This document shows, in pieces, positions 1 to 8,653 of a DNA stretch of 64,000 nucleotides; position 1 is the stretch's first letter, and every line of letters starts with the position of its first letter. The notes beneath the pieces are model-generated. The model saw only the letters and a list, made by a program, of their open reading frames with translations, searched no databases and was not told the origin of the DNA. The DNA is from a virus. The translations under genes were made by a program, and so were the position numbers. Where the stretch lies: the IMG/VR virus record IMGVR_UViG_3300037010_002425, positions 5,203 through 69,202 of that record; one strand, 5' to 3'.

Positions 1-13
1 TAGCGCACCATTG

Positions 14-1219
14 TTATTGCCCCTGCGGCGGTACATATTGGTCGACGTGGGCGATGATCTCCGCCTCGGTGCGCGGTTCCTTAGCAAGGCGCGCTGAGCC
101 CCCGCTGCCCGAAGGGGATACGCCGACGGCAATCCGCCCTTCGTGGCAGCGGGGGCAGAGGATGCACCCTTCATCGTCCGCCATAAAGTAGCAGCCGTCC
201 GTGGAAACCTCTTCCTCCAAGTTATCGAACCGGTGGCGATCGAATCGAAGCGTGTCGCCGTCGCGTTCAGACTCCCAGCTCTGGCCGCCGTCCCGGCTGT
301 CCGCGTAGAAGTCGCACGTGGGCGAAGTGCAGTACATCGTGAGGTCACTAATGGCGTAGATTGCCTGGTCGTCCGGGCAGTCCGCCTCGAACACCCTGGG
401 CTCGGTGAAGCCCTCTCGCGCGTCACGGCCGACGTTGAAGAACACGACGAGGAAGTCTTTGTCGCCACTCGCGTCGTTCGAGTCTCCCACGCTGAACGAG
501 TGATACTGGAAGTCGAGCGTTAGCGCGCTCTGATAGTTGTACGTGTAGTCTGTAACCGGCGGGTAGGTGAAGTCGAGAAGGTGTCCGGCACGCGGCGGCC
601 AGTTCGCGTTCGGGTGGCCACCAAGCTCGTGCAGCTCTTCTAGCGGGTAGCAGGCGTTCTTCCAGTGCGCATAGTAGAGGCATCCCCGGCCGGAACACCG
701 CGTACAGCACAGGCTGCGGCCAGCCTCGCCGCTGCCGCCGCAGCCATGGCACGTCACCTCAGTGAGTTCGCCCAGGTCCTCGACGCCGACGAGGTTAGCG
801 ACGATCTGGCCGATCGTCTCTCCATCGCGCATCCCGGAACGCTCGCTGCGGTTGAGAATGTCTCGCACGGCGCGAGTCGCTTCCTTGTTGTACTCGTAGT
901 GGGAGCTGAGCCAGCGTTCGGTGGGCACCGCCAGGTCTGACGAAGAGCGCACGTAGCGCGTCCCGGTGAGAAGCTCGATGAAGCTGCGAAGTGCGTGCAC
1001 CTCGTAACGTTCGTTGCGCGTGTGGGCCGGCCCCGTGTCATTCTCGATCCAGCGCGCCCGGTTATCGTAGACGTGGAATCGATAGTACTGCCGAAGCTCT
1101 TGGTAGAGCGCTCGCTGCGTCTCCGTTAAGCAGCTTTCGAGGTCAGAGGCGGTCTCCTGAGCGATGCACCGTAAGCGGCGTTCTTCGTGCGTCTCTTTGA
1201 GGGCGGCGGGGGCGTTCAT
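14..1219 (-). CDS. Phage protein of unknown function with Zn-ribbon motifs
   Basis: Long ORF (track 14..1291; ATG at 1219 avoids overlap with the upstream gene); DnaJ-type CHGCGGSG...CTRCSGRG plus further CxxC motifs. Confidence 0.6.
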   Translation of the reverse strand: MNAPAALKETHEERRLRCIAQETASDLESCLTETQRALYQELRQYYRFHVYDNRARWIENDTGPAHTRNERYEVHALRSFIELLTGTRYVRSSSDLAVPTERWLSSHYEYNKEATRAVRDILNRSERSGMRDGETIGQIVANLVGVEDLGELTEVTCHGCGGSGEAGRSLCCTRCSGRGCLYYAHWKNACYPLEELHELGGHPNANWPPRAGHLLDFTYPPVTDYTYNYQSALTLDFQYHSFSVGDSNDASGDKDFLVVFFNVGRDAREGFTEPRVFEADCPDDQAIYAISDLTMYCTSPTCDFYADSRDGGQSWESERDGDTLRFDRHRFDNLEEEVSTDGCYFMADDEGCILCPRCHEGRIAVGVSPSGSGGSARLAKEPRTEAEIIAHVDQYVPPQGQ

Positions 1220-1230
1220 AGCGGGTACCT

Positions 1231-1881
1231 TCAGCAGGGGTTGAGGCGGTATTCGAGGGCGATAGGTTTGCAGGGGATGCCGCACGTACACTTGTCGGCG
1301 GCTTCCACGCAGGCGATGATCATCTTCAAGCGCGTGCTGTCCGCGGACGCGTAGTAGGCGTCACCCTTGCTAAGCCGCAGGTAGGTAGGCTTGGCCTTGG
1401 AGTCTGACGCTTTCTGGAAAACGACGTCTGTAGAGCGCACTGCTTTCACGAACGCTCGGCGCTCTTCTCCGTCGTTCCAGAGACGGTCGACGCTACCGCC
1501 GTGATTCGCGAGGCGCCGCTTGAATTCCGCGCGGGAGAGTTTCACGTCGTCGGGCTTTACAGCGGCGCGATGACGGAGAGCGTAGGGCCGCTTGGCGTAC
1601 TCCTCCATCCGGCCCTGAGTCTGGCTGTGACAGCAGCAGCCCCACAGCCAGTTATTGTCCTCGTCGGTTACCCACACGGCTACGTCAGTGCCGATAGTCG
1701 GCATGAGTGCGAGCACGGCCTGGCGCGGGTTGCCCTCTTGCACTTCCGACGTCCAGGTCCGCTCGGGGACGAGAGCGTCACCCCTGGGGTAGTCGCCGAC
1801 GTCTTTTAGGTTGCAGGTGTGGAGAATGAACCGTTGGTTAGTGCTGCTCATCTTCAGCCTCGTTCTTTCCAGTAGGCGCAC
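1231..1881 (-). CDS. Hypothetical protein
   Basis: 216-aa ORF in the minus-strand gene array; start uncertain (MSSTNQ likely). Confidence 0.5.
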   Translation of the reverse strand: MRLLERTRLKMSSTNQRFILHTCNLKDVGDYPRGDALVPERTWTSEVQEGNPRQAVLALMPTIGTDVAVWVTDEDNNWLWGCCCHSQTQGRMEEYAKRPYALRHRAAVKPDDVKLSRAEFKRRLANHGGSVDRLWNDGEERRAFVKAVRSTDVVFQKASDSKAKPTYLRLSKGDAYYASADSTRLKMIIACVEAADKCTCGIPCKPIALEYRLNPC

Positions 1882-2258
1882 TGGGCCTTGTTCTCTTCCA
1901 CTGTGTCTTCGGCGAAGATATGCCAGACGGGCTTGTCGGGCTCGTCCGTGTAGAAAACCTCGGTCATCGGGTAGTGGTTAAAGTCGAAGCGGATTCCTGC
2001 AAGGCTAGTCTCCAGGGGAATATCCCTACCCAAGTATCGGGCGAAAGCGCGGCGTACAGCTGCGTCGGTTGCGTAGAAGTCGCCGCCGGCTACTTCCCGT
2101 CGGCCGTAGAGTTCGAAGCTTCCGCAGCTGTACGCGGCGTTAACCTCGTAGCCATCTTCGGCGTTGCCCCAAACGTCTAAGCTCTGAATCTCGAAACGTA
2201 AGAGGTGGGAGCGGCGGCGCGTGCGTGGTTCGGTTTCGTTGGGATTGGTGTGTTCCAT
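1854..2258 (-). CDS. Hypothetical phage protein
   Basis: 134-aa ORF directly downstream of the repeated promoter-like element; LDVWGNAEDGYEVN motif. Confidence 0.65.
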   Translation of the reverse strand: MEHTNPNETEPRTRRRSHLLRFEIQSLDVWGNAEDGYEVNAAYSCGSFELYGRREVAGGDFYATDAAVRRAFARYLGRDIPLETSLAGIRFDFNHYPMTEVFYTDEPDKPVWHIFAEDTVEENKAQCAYWKERG

Positions 2259-2275
2259 CGAGGAGCGACGTTAGA

Positions 2276-2330
2276 GAATTGCTAACAGGTAGTAAACAAG
2301 AAAAGAGCGGTTCTCATTAGAAAGGTAGGA
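2276..2330 (-). promoter_or_regulatory. Repeated promoter/operator-like element, copy 1
   Basis: 55 bp, 46/55 identical without gaps to 6113..6167; AT-rich; about 18 nt upstream of the ATG at 2258. Confidence 0.65.
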
Positions 2331-2332
2331 GG

Positions 2333-3307
2333 CTATCCTACATCGTCGCCTTTCCTCTTCTTAGCTGTCACGTAGGGATGCGTTAGAAACACCTTTCCCT
2401 CCTGCATTAGCTGCCAGAGGTAGGGTTTCTGCTTCATGAGACCTTTGCGCTCGAAGCTATTGGCCAACTCACGCCACGCAACGATCGTGGCGAGGCGGTT
2501 CTCTTGCAGGTCGTCCTTCGCGATTAGAGAGAAGTCGAGTCCCCAGTTTTCGTACCAACGCCGATAACGCGCCCGGTCCGCCTTGTGGAGGTGGTCGAGA
2601 ACAATCCACTTCCCATTCATGTAGATACAGGTGCCGCCGTACTTGTCGGCGCGAAGCCACGTCGTGGAGTCCACGCTATCGAACGGGGCGTACTTTAGAG
2701 TCGTGTGCACGCCTGTTTGCGCGAAGCCATGCACAAACTTTCCCCATTGGTGGCAGCGAGCGATGATGCCGGCTACGCCGTCGTTTAGAGACGAGGCTAC
2801 GCCCACGTACGGAGACACCGTTTCCGCCAGCCACGCGTCGAGCCAATTCTTCCCGCGGTGGGCGTGGAACACTGGCATATACCGCTCGGCGACGCCAGGC
2901 ACGGAGAGGAACGTGTTGCTCCAGTCGTCCACTTGCGCCGTCGTAATCATCTGCCCCGGCCGGTCCGGGTCGGCGATGGAGCCGTCAACGTCGAACTCGA
3001 CGATAACGTCGAAGAGGTCGCCGTGCTCTTTAACGAAAGTGAGGTACTCCTCGACGTACTTCTTCGGCGACGGAAGACGGCTGCCCATCTTCTCGCCTTT
3101 CATATGGTACGTGAACGCCCCGCTATCGAGCATGAAGCGGAAACCTTTCCCCTTCGCTTCCCGCATCGTGCGCAGTAGCAGCGAGGCGTCCCCGCTCCGC
3201 GCGTTTAGTTGCGAACGAAAGTAGTAGTAGGAGAAGAGGATGTTTTTCACCCCCATTCTAATGAGCACATGGGCCCAAGCCTCACCGCCGGCGAAGTAGA
3301 ACAACAC
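2333..3307 (-). CDS. TGT-fold transglycosylase, DpdA-like (putative DNA-guanine transglycosylase)
   Basis: LDSGAFT, EFDV, MPVFH, VHGF and SVDSTTW motifs typical of tRNA/DNA-guanine transglycosylase folds; GGAGG ribosome binding site before GTG; folE/queD/queE nearby. Confidence 0.7.
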   Translation of the reverse strand: MLFYFAGGEAWAHVLIRMGVKNILFSYYYFRSQLNARSGDASLLLRTMREAKGKGFRFMLDSGAFTYHMKGEKMGSRLPSPKKYVEEYLTFVKEHGDLFDVIVEFDVDGSIADPDRPGQMITTAQVDDWSNTFLSVPGVAERYMPVFHAHRGKNWLDAWLAETVSPYVGVASSLNDGVAGIIARCHQWGKFVHGFAQTGVHTTLKYAPFDSVDSTTWLRADKYGGTCIYMNGKWIVLDHLHKADRARYRRWYENWGLDFSLIAKDDLQENRLATIVAWRELANSFERKGLMKQKPYLWQLMQEGKVFLTHPYVTAKKRKGDDVG

Positions 3308-3497
3308 GGTTTACCTCCTGGTTTGCGATACAACGAGATTCCCAAAAGCCGCGCCGCTGGCGCCGTTGCCCCGCCAGAAGCCGAAGCGCGCACGCCTGGT
3401 GAAGCCACAGCCGGTAACGCCCGCCAGGAAAAACGCACTGGTGGTATCGCCCTCGGCTAGTAACGAGCCGGCAGAGCCAACACTCTCCCGCGGTCAT
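3282..3497 (-). CDS. Small Cys/His-rich hypothetical protein
   Basis: CWLC...HQAC; ATGA overlap with the upstream ORF. Confidence 0.35.
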   Translation of the reverse strand: MTAGECWLCRLVTSRGRYHQCVFPGGRYRLWLHQACALRLLAGQRRQRRGFWESRCIANQEVNRVVLLRRR

Positions 3498-3793
3498 TCG
3501 AAGTCCTTCGAGGTTAGAGTGCCGTCTACGTGCACCAACGTCACGGTGAGATGCTGGCTTTCGGAGCTGGCACCTAGCTCCTCTAAAACGGGCACGGTGA
3601 GCGTCACGCCTTCCAGCGTTAGAGCGTTGAGAGCTGCAGGTGAGAGAATGACGCGGCGCACGCTTGGGTTAACGCGCTTCCGCAGGTAGTCGATCAAGGC
3701 ACGTTCGCGGTCTGTCATGGTTCTACGTCTCCCGATTGCGGCGCCTAGGATGGCCCTAGGACGCGTCTTAGTGATCGCCTGGTAGGGGTCCAT
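3494..3793 (-). CDS. Hypothetical protein
   Basis: Track ORF 3494..3880, whose 5' part overlaps a terminator, so a later start is assumed. Confidence 0.4.
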   Translation of the reverse strand: MDPYQAITKTRPRAILGAAIGRRRTMTDRERALIDYLRKRVNPSVRRVILSPAALNALTLEGVTLTVPVLEELGASSESQHLTVTLVHVDGTLTSKDFE

Positions 3794-3847
3794 GGGCCCG
3801 CCTGAAAGCGTCTGTAGGGCGCCTTGGCGGCGCGGCATGGCCAAACG

Positions 3848-3877
3848 GAAAAGGGGCGTCCCCATCGGAGGCGCCCC
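3848..3877 (-). terminator. Intrinsic terminator
   Basis: GGGGCGTC / GGCGCCCC stem followed by TTTT on the minus strand, downstream of the ORF ending at 3915. Confidence 0.55.
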
Positions 3878-3914
3878 CATCCTTCACAGTCTCACGATAG
3901 CCGATGCGAAGCGT

Positions 3915-5033
3915 TCAGCCCTTCTTGCCCTTTTCCTTCACTTCTTCGAGTTCGTCGGCGGAGATGAAGGATTTGTTGCCGTCAGCCCACTTCACTTCCG
4001 GGTCGCCGTCGTCGTCCGCAGCGCCGGTAAGCGTGCCGAAAACTTTCTTGCCCTCGTGCGTGGTGTAGACCTTCTGGCCCTTCGTGTAGGGGCTCTCTTC
4101 CTCTTCGTCGCCCTCTTCCTCGTCCGACTCTTCCTCGGTCTCTTCTTCCTCTTCCTCTTCCTCTTCCTCTTCGTCGCCCTCTTCCTGGCTGGCGGCGATG
4201 GTGGCGATGAGGGCTGCACGGAGAACCTTCGGCGCTTCCTTGCCCTTCGTGGCAGCGTCGACGTCGAAGTCGATGGCTTCCGCGAGTTCGCAAAGCTGCG
4301 TCCAGTTCATTTTCTCGATCTGCGCAGGCTCGACGTCACCGCTCGCAATGAGCGCCGAGACATCAACCTCGTCTTCCTCCGCCTTGGCGCCCTTCTTCGG
4401 CGGCTTGGTCGGTCCCGCCTTGGGCATCGGCGTCTCTTCTTTCACGGCGCCTTTCTTGCCACTCGCTTCGGCGACGTCGCCCCACGTGGTGGCGTCCATT
4501 CCGGGCACCATCTTGACGACGCTGGCAATGCGGCCTTCGAGTTCCCAGCCTTCGAAGTCCTTCGACTTGAGGCGCTCATTGAACGCCTTGAGAAGGTCGG
4601 CCTGCTTCGCCGCCTTGATTGCGTCCGCCTCCCAACCGAGGAATTGCCACGCCCAGGCTCGGAGCGACGAGAGCTTCGCGCCGGCGAGATCGAGCTGCAT
4701 GTTGAGGTTGTCGTCAACCGACACGAGGTGGCTGTCGATGACGTAGAGGTTCTTCTCCGTGACGGCGAGGCGAAGGGCGAAACTGGTGAGAACCGTTGAG
4801 AGGCTCTGGCCGTCGATAGTGGCTTCGTCGAGGGCGAGCGCCTGCACCTCCGCCGCCGTCTTCTTGCCGATGCCCTTCTTGGGGGCGGGAGCTTCCTCTT
4901 CCTCCTCTTCGGCTTCCTCTTCGTCCTCGTCGACCTCCGCGGGCGCCTTCTTGCCAATCGAGGCGGGCTTGCCGATGCCCTTCTTGGCAACAGGGGCGGA
5001 AGCGACGGACTTGGTGGGTTTCGTGAGAGCCAT
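3915..5033 (-). CDS. Acidic/Lys-rich multidomain protein, possibly nucleoid-associated
   Basis: Likely start MALTKP; poly-Glu tracts; helix-extension-helix-like segment (IEKMNWTQLCELAE...LRAALI); C-terminal Tudor/SH3-like segment (YTKGQKVY...EVKWADG). Confidence 0.65.
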   Translation of the reverse strand: MALTKPTKSVASAPVAKKGIGKPASIGKKAPAEVDEDEEEAEEEEEEAPAPKKGIGKKTAAEVQALALDEATIDGQSLSTVLTSFALRLAVTEKNLYVIDSHLVSVDDNLNMQLDLAGAKLSSLRAWAWQFLGWEADAIKAAKQADLLKAFNERLKSKDFEGWELEGRIASVVKMVPGMDATTWGDVAEASGKKGAVKEETPMPKAGPTKPPKKGAKAEEDEVDVSALIASGDVEPAQIEKMNWTQLCELAEAIDFDVDAATKGKEAPKVLRAALIATIAASQEEGDEEEEEEEEEEETEEESDEEEGDEEEESPYTKGQKVYTTHEGKKVFGTLTGAADDDGDPEVKWADGNKSFISADELEEVKEKGKKG

Positions 5034-5148
5034 TGTGTTTGTACCTTTTTCTTCGGTTTCGGTTAGTGACGTGGGGGGAGAGATGACGTTAGCCCATGCC
5101 GCCAAAGTGTTAGGCCGGGTCTCTTCGTCTAGTAGGAGGCGGTTAGTC

Positions 5149-5556
5149 TTAGCCAGGTTCGCGGGTGAAAGCAATAGTGACGTTTTCCTCGCCATTATAC
5201 CGCTCCTCCACGCGGATTCCCGCGTCAGACAGTCCTAGGTCTAGTGCCCAGTTAGCGAGGCCACCGGGCCTAGCCAGCTGCATCGAGAGAACGAAGCGCC
5301 CTTCCGGGGTTCGCCCTAGTTGGTAGATTGAGCCAACCTGCTCGTACAGTACGATGGCGACTTCCTGCCTACGCATGGCGAGCATTAGCTGCTGTAACGA
5401 GCGGGACGAAGTGCAGAGCCACCATTCCGCGCCGCCGATATAGTCGGCTAGGGGTTCGGATAGTGCCGCAGGATGGCCGTAGTCAGGCCACAGCTGTGAC
5501 ACCTGCCCTTTACGTCCCAAGGCGGGACAGCTCCTCTGCGATGCGTCCGTAGGCAC
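5149..5556 (-). CDS. Hypothetical protein
   Basis: ORF fills the gap in the gene array; start uncertain. Confidence 0.4.
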   Translation of the reverse strand: MPTDASQRSCPALGRKGQVSQLWPDYGHPAALSEPLADYIGGAEWWLCTSSRSLQQLMLAMRRQEVAIVLYEQVGSIYQLGRTPEGRFVLSMQLARPGGLANWALDLGLSDAGIRVEERYNGEENVTIAFTREPG

Positions 5557-5914
5557 CGTCCACGCTTTCGTCGTCGGAGGCTTCGTAAAGCTTCCCGATC
5601 AACAGCGTAATGCGCCGCGGGGACCGCGTGTCGCAGGAATGCTCGGCCCAAAACAGGCCAAGGCGCGCGCATTGCCGTTCCAGCGAGAGCCGCCCAGTAA
5701 GGGGCTTCATCGTCCGGATACCCGTCGCATCGGGGCTGTCAGGGCGCCTTTCGGCGACACCAACGCGCGCTCCACGAGGCTCGCTAGAAGGGGCGGGCTC
5801 TTCTGCCGCTGCCTTCGCTTTCTTCTTGGTAGGTACAGGCGGCGCCTCGGTGGGCTTCTTGGAAACCTTTGCAGGTAACGCGGGAGGGACTTTTGGCTTG
5901 AGCTTGAGTTTCAT
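5510..5914 (-). CDS. Basic hypothetical protein with MKLKLK N-terminus
   Basis: 134-aa ORF, ATGA overlap with the upstream ORF. Confidence 0.55.
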   Translation of the reverse strand: MKLKLKPKVPPALPAKVSKKPTEAPPVPTKKKAKAAAEEPAPSSEPRGARVGVAERRPDSPDATGIRTMKPLTGRLSLERQCARLGLFWAEHSCDTRSPRRITLLIGKLYEASDDESVDGAYGRIAEELSRLGT

Positions 5915-6093
5915 CCTTTCGCCTCGACGGCTAGCCGCTTAGCGGCCCATTCAAGAAACAGAGGGAAGCTGGCGAACTCGCGTTCGACGCCTGCGTGGAC
6001 GCCTGCGTTAACGGCGCCATTCGGGAGAACGACGACGAAGGCGATAGGCGCCGGGAACGTGGGGATCTTCGTTAGAGGGGCTGGGTTTCTCAT
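5911..6093 (-). CDS. Small hypothetical protein
   Basis: 60 aa, directly downstream of repeat copy 2, coupled to the next gene. Confidence 0.5.
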   Translation of the reverse strand: MRNPAPLTKIPTFPAPIAFVVVLPNGAVNAGVHAGVEREFASFPLFLEWAAKRLAVEAKG

Positions 6094-6112
6094 CGGCGAG
6101 GTCCGTTCTAAT

Positions 6113-6167
6113 GAATTGCTAACAGCCTGTATACAAGAAAAGAGAGGCGCCCATTAGAAAGGTGGGA
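6113..6167 (-). promoter_or_regulatory. Repeated promoter/operator-like element, copy 2
   Basis: Near-identical to 2276..2330; about 20 nt upstream of the ATG at 6093. Confidence 0.65.
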
Positions 6168-6490
6168 CATGTAGGTTTAGCCTCTTGCCGACGACAGAAG
6201 GCTACCGAGGTGGCGGGAAGGTCGCTAGGGCACGCAACCGCATCGCGGAGAAGGACGTAGCCTGTAAACCGGCTGCCGCCCCAGCAAGAAAGCTCGCTCG
6301 CAGGGCGAAGGTCCCTGCAGGCGGAGTCGCACTTCAGGCAGCGGATAGTCAGTCCCCATTGCACGATAAAGCCGCGCTTACGGGGAGCGCACTTCGAACA
6401 GAGAGTAGCCCCGTTCTCTAGCAACTGATAGCGGCAGGGGTCTCTGAACATGCCGTACTTTAGCGTCATGCCTGCGGAGAATTGGCTCAT
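6119..6490 (-). CDS. Cys-rich hypothetical protein
   Basis: CSKC and CLKC motifs; ATGA overlap; 3' end overlaps repeat copy 2. Confidence 0.4.
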   Translation of the reverse strand: MSQFSAGMTLKYGMFRDPCRYQLLENGATLCSKCAPRKRGFIVQWGLTIRCLKCDSACRDLRPASELSCWGGSRFTGYVLLRDAVACPSDLPATSVAFCRRQEAKPTCPTFLMGASLFLYTGC

Positions 6491-6942
6491 CGGTACAGGG
6501 TGCCTTTCTGCCAGACATCATCGATACTGACGTTGCAGCCGCCGGGGAACTTCTCCCGCATATAGGCGCTGTACGTTTGCAGCCTAAGCCGCTGAATGTC
6601 GCTGTAGCTCACCGGACGCAGCAGTATCCCCGATAGAGGAACGCAGCCTCCGGTAAAGATTACGACGAGAGCCAAAACGTACGTGCCGTGGTCCCCCTTC
6701 AGGTCGAGAGCTAGAAGAACTCCCGCGAAACTGACGATCAGCGTCACCAAGAAGAAGGCGTGGTGCCTCGTGGTTCTGGCTAGCTCCATCGAGTCGAGCT
6801 TCGCCTGTACGCGCGCGAGGCACTCTTCGTCGTTATGCTCGGTCCAAGTCCCGAGAAGCTGCGTGAGTGCTTTTTCGTCTTTGGTTAGCGGAGCGACGGG
6901 AGGGTAGTAGGGCACCTCTCCCGGTTTGCGGTAGGGTTCCAT
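6487..6942 (-). CDS. Membrane protein with two predicted TM helices
   Basis: Hydrophobic runs AFFLVTLIVSFAGVLLAL and YVLALVVIFTGGCVPLSGILL. Confidence 0.6.
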   Translation of the reverse strand: MEPYRKPGEVPYYPPVAPLTKDEKALTQLLGTWTEHNDEECLARVQAKLDSMELARTTRHHAFFLVTLIVSFAGVLLALDLKGDHGTYVLALVVIFTGGCVPLSGILLRPVSYSDIQRLRLQTYSAYMREKFPGGCNVSIDDVWQKGTLYR

Positions 6943-7256
6943 TAGACAGCCAAGCTCGCCGGCTTGCTGAGCCGATAGACGCCATCGAGCCCAGGGAGCC
7001 TTGCGTAGCCAGTAACCCAGAGTCCGCCGAAGGTAGCCCAGACGACTTCCCCGTCGGTCATGGTCTTGGCGTAGCTATCCAGCCAGCTCCTAATGGCACT
7101 TCGGCAGGACGCGACGACGTTTTGCCTACGAACAAGCTCCCAGCGCTCAACGCCAGGAGGGCCGAGCGGCATCTCTGTAACCTCGCACGATGACGATACA
7201 GAGAAAGCCGTCTGATTCAGCCTGTGTAGGTCGAAAGAGAATGTTTGCTGTTCCAT
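6942..7256 (-). CDS. Hypothetical protein
   Basis: Track ORF 6942..7442; probable start MEQQTF just after the upstream stop. Confidence 0.45.
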   Translation of the reverse strand: MEQQTFSFDLHRLNQTAFSVSSSCEVTEMPLGPPGVERWELVRRQNVVASCRSAIRSWLDSYAKTMTDGEVVWATFGGLWVTGYARLPGLDGVYRLSKPASLAV

Positions 7257-7257
7257 T

Positions 7258-7557
7258 TTAGACCCCCTCGCAAGAGCATGGCAGCCCGTGTCCACACGTC
7301 TTCTTGCCCCGCTTCGCGGCAGGTCGCTTCTCCGCCGACGCCGTAAGCCATTCTTCGGGAATACAGAAGATGCGACCTTCAGGCGTAGTGACGCTGTGCC
7401 AAGTCTTGTTTCCCTTTTTAATAACGCCACTAATGCGAACAAAGAAGCCGGTAGGGTCGGTCACCTCGCGCATGAGGCACGCCAGGTAGTGCAGGAAGTC
7501 GGAAGTGTTGGTGAGTTTTGCGTCAACGCCGGGGGACAGCGGGAGTTTCTTAGTCAT
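7258..7557 (-). CDS. Hypothetical protein
   Basis: 99 aa, ATGA-coupled. Confidence 0.5.
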   Translation of the reverse strand: MTKKLPLSPGVDAKLTNTSDFLHYLACLMREVTDPTGFFVRISGVIKKGNKTWHSVTTPEGRIFCIPEEWLTASAEKRPAAKRGKKTCGHGLPCSCEGV

Positions 7558-8030
7558 CGAAGCCTCAGTTTCAGCTTGGGTTTACCGACAACAAATTCAA
7601 GCTTCGAGGGCTGCTTCTGGTTCGCGATTTTCTTCGCGATGAGCCGCTGCAGCGGAGTGAGCTTGATACCGAGAGAGTTCTCCAGCTTGTCGACGTCGGC
7701 GTCTTCCTTCCAGCCTTCGAGCTTTTTCACGAGGTCCCGCGCGCCTTGTACGGAGATCGCGAAAACGTCCTCTTTAGTGGCACCTGCTCGATAGGCGCGG
7801 TTAATGAGCTGTGCGCGGGAAAGAAGCTCGAAGGGGATGTCTTGCTCTTTCAGCACGAACCCTTGCTGCTCCTCGTCTTCGAGCTTCCGTTGCTCGTCGC
7901 GCAGCGCCTCCCGTCCGCGGGCGAGGGCGGGAGCTGTCTTGCGGTCAAGAAAAGAGCCGGGAGAAGTCTCCACGGCCCATCCTTCCACCGGGCGTTTCTG
8001 TGCGGGTTTCAGCCGCAGCTTGAGTTTCAT
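7554..8030 (-). CDS. Hypothetical protein with KLKLRL at both termini
   Basis: 158 aa, ATGA-coupled to folE. Confidence 0.6.
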   Translation of the reverse strand: MKLKLRLKPAQKRPVEGWAVETSPGSFLDRKTAPALARGREALRDEQRKLEDEEQQGFVLKEQDIPFELLSRAQLINRAYRAGATKEDVFAISVQGARDLVKKLEGWKEDADVDKLENSLGIKLTPLQRLIAKKIANQKQPSKLEFVVGKPKLKLRLR

Positions 8031-8653
8031 CGTTGGTTCCCTTTAGCGAATTGGAGCTGTTGGTAGAACTCGTCGATAGCCTTAGGCAAGGTGCGCCCGT
8101 GGTCAGGACGAATGGCGGTGGTGATCATCTGCGTGTTGGCCTGTTTAACGCCGCGGCACCGCATACATTGGTGCGCGCCTTCGAACAGGGCGACGACGAG
8201 ACGCGGGCTGGCGTGTTCCATGACGAAGTCGACCACTTGGCGCGTAAGGCGCTCCTGGATTTGGAGCATTCGCGAATAGTGGGTAACGACGCGCGGAATC
8301 TTCGAGGCTCCGACGACTTTCTCCTCCGGGATGTACGCCACGTAAGCCGCGCCAGTGAAGGGCAGTAGGTGGTGGGCGCAGAGCGACGTGTAGTCAATCG
8401 GCCCGATGAACACCATGGCGTCATTCCCATCGCTGGGAAAGCAGGTGAACGAGTCTATTAGAGCTTGCTCCGCGCCGTCAATATAGCCCGCTAGAAGCTC
8501 TTCGCGGTACATCTTAACGATGCGCTTAGGGGTCGACTTGAGGTCTAGCGCCCCGTCGGCGAATTCCTGCTGCGGAATGTTGAGACCTTTGAAGAACGAC
8601 AAGAAGTCGTCTGACGGCGTCCGCTTTTTGGGGAGCTTCACGGCAGCTCCCAC
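8027..8653 (-). CDS. folE: GTP cyclohydrolase I
   Basis: TPKRIVKMY, SLCAHHLLPF, GASKIPR, LQIQERLT, HQCMRCRGV motifs. Confidence 0.95.
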   Translation of the reverse strand: MGAAVKLPKKRTPSDDFLSFFKGLNIPQQEFADGALDLKSTPKRIVKMYREELLAGYIDGAEQALIDSFTCFPSDGNDAMVFIGPIDYTSLCAHHLLPFTGAAYVAYIPEEKVVGASKIPRVVTHYSRMLQIQERLTRQVVDFVMEHASPRLVVALFEGAHQCMRCRGVKQANTQMITTAIRPDHGRTLPKAIDEFYQQLQFAKGNQR

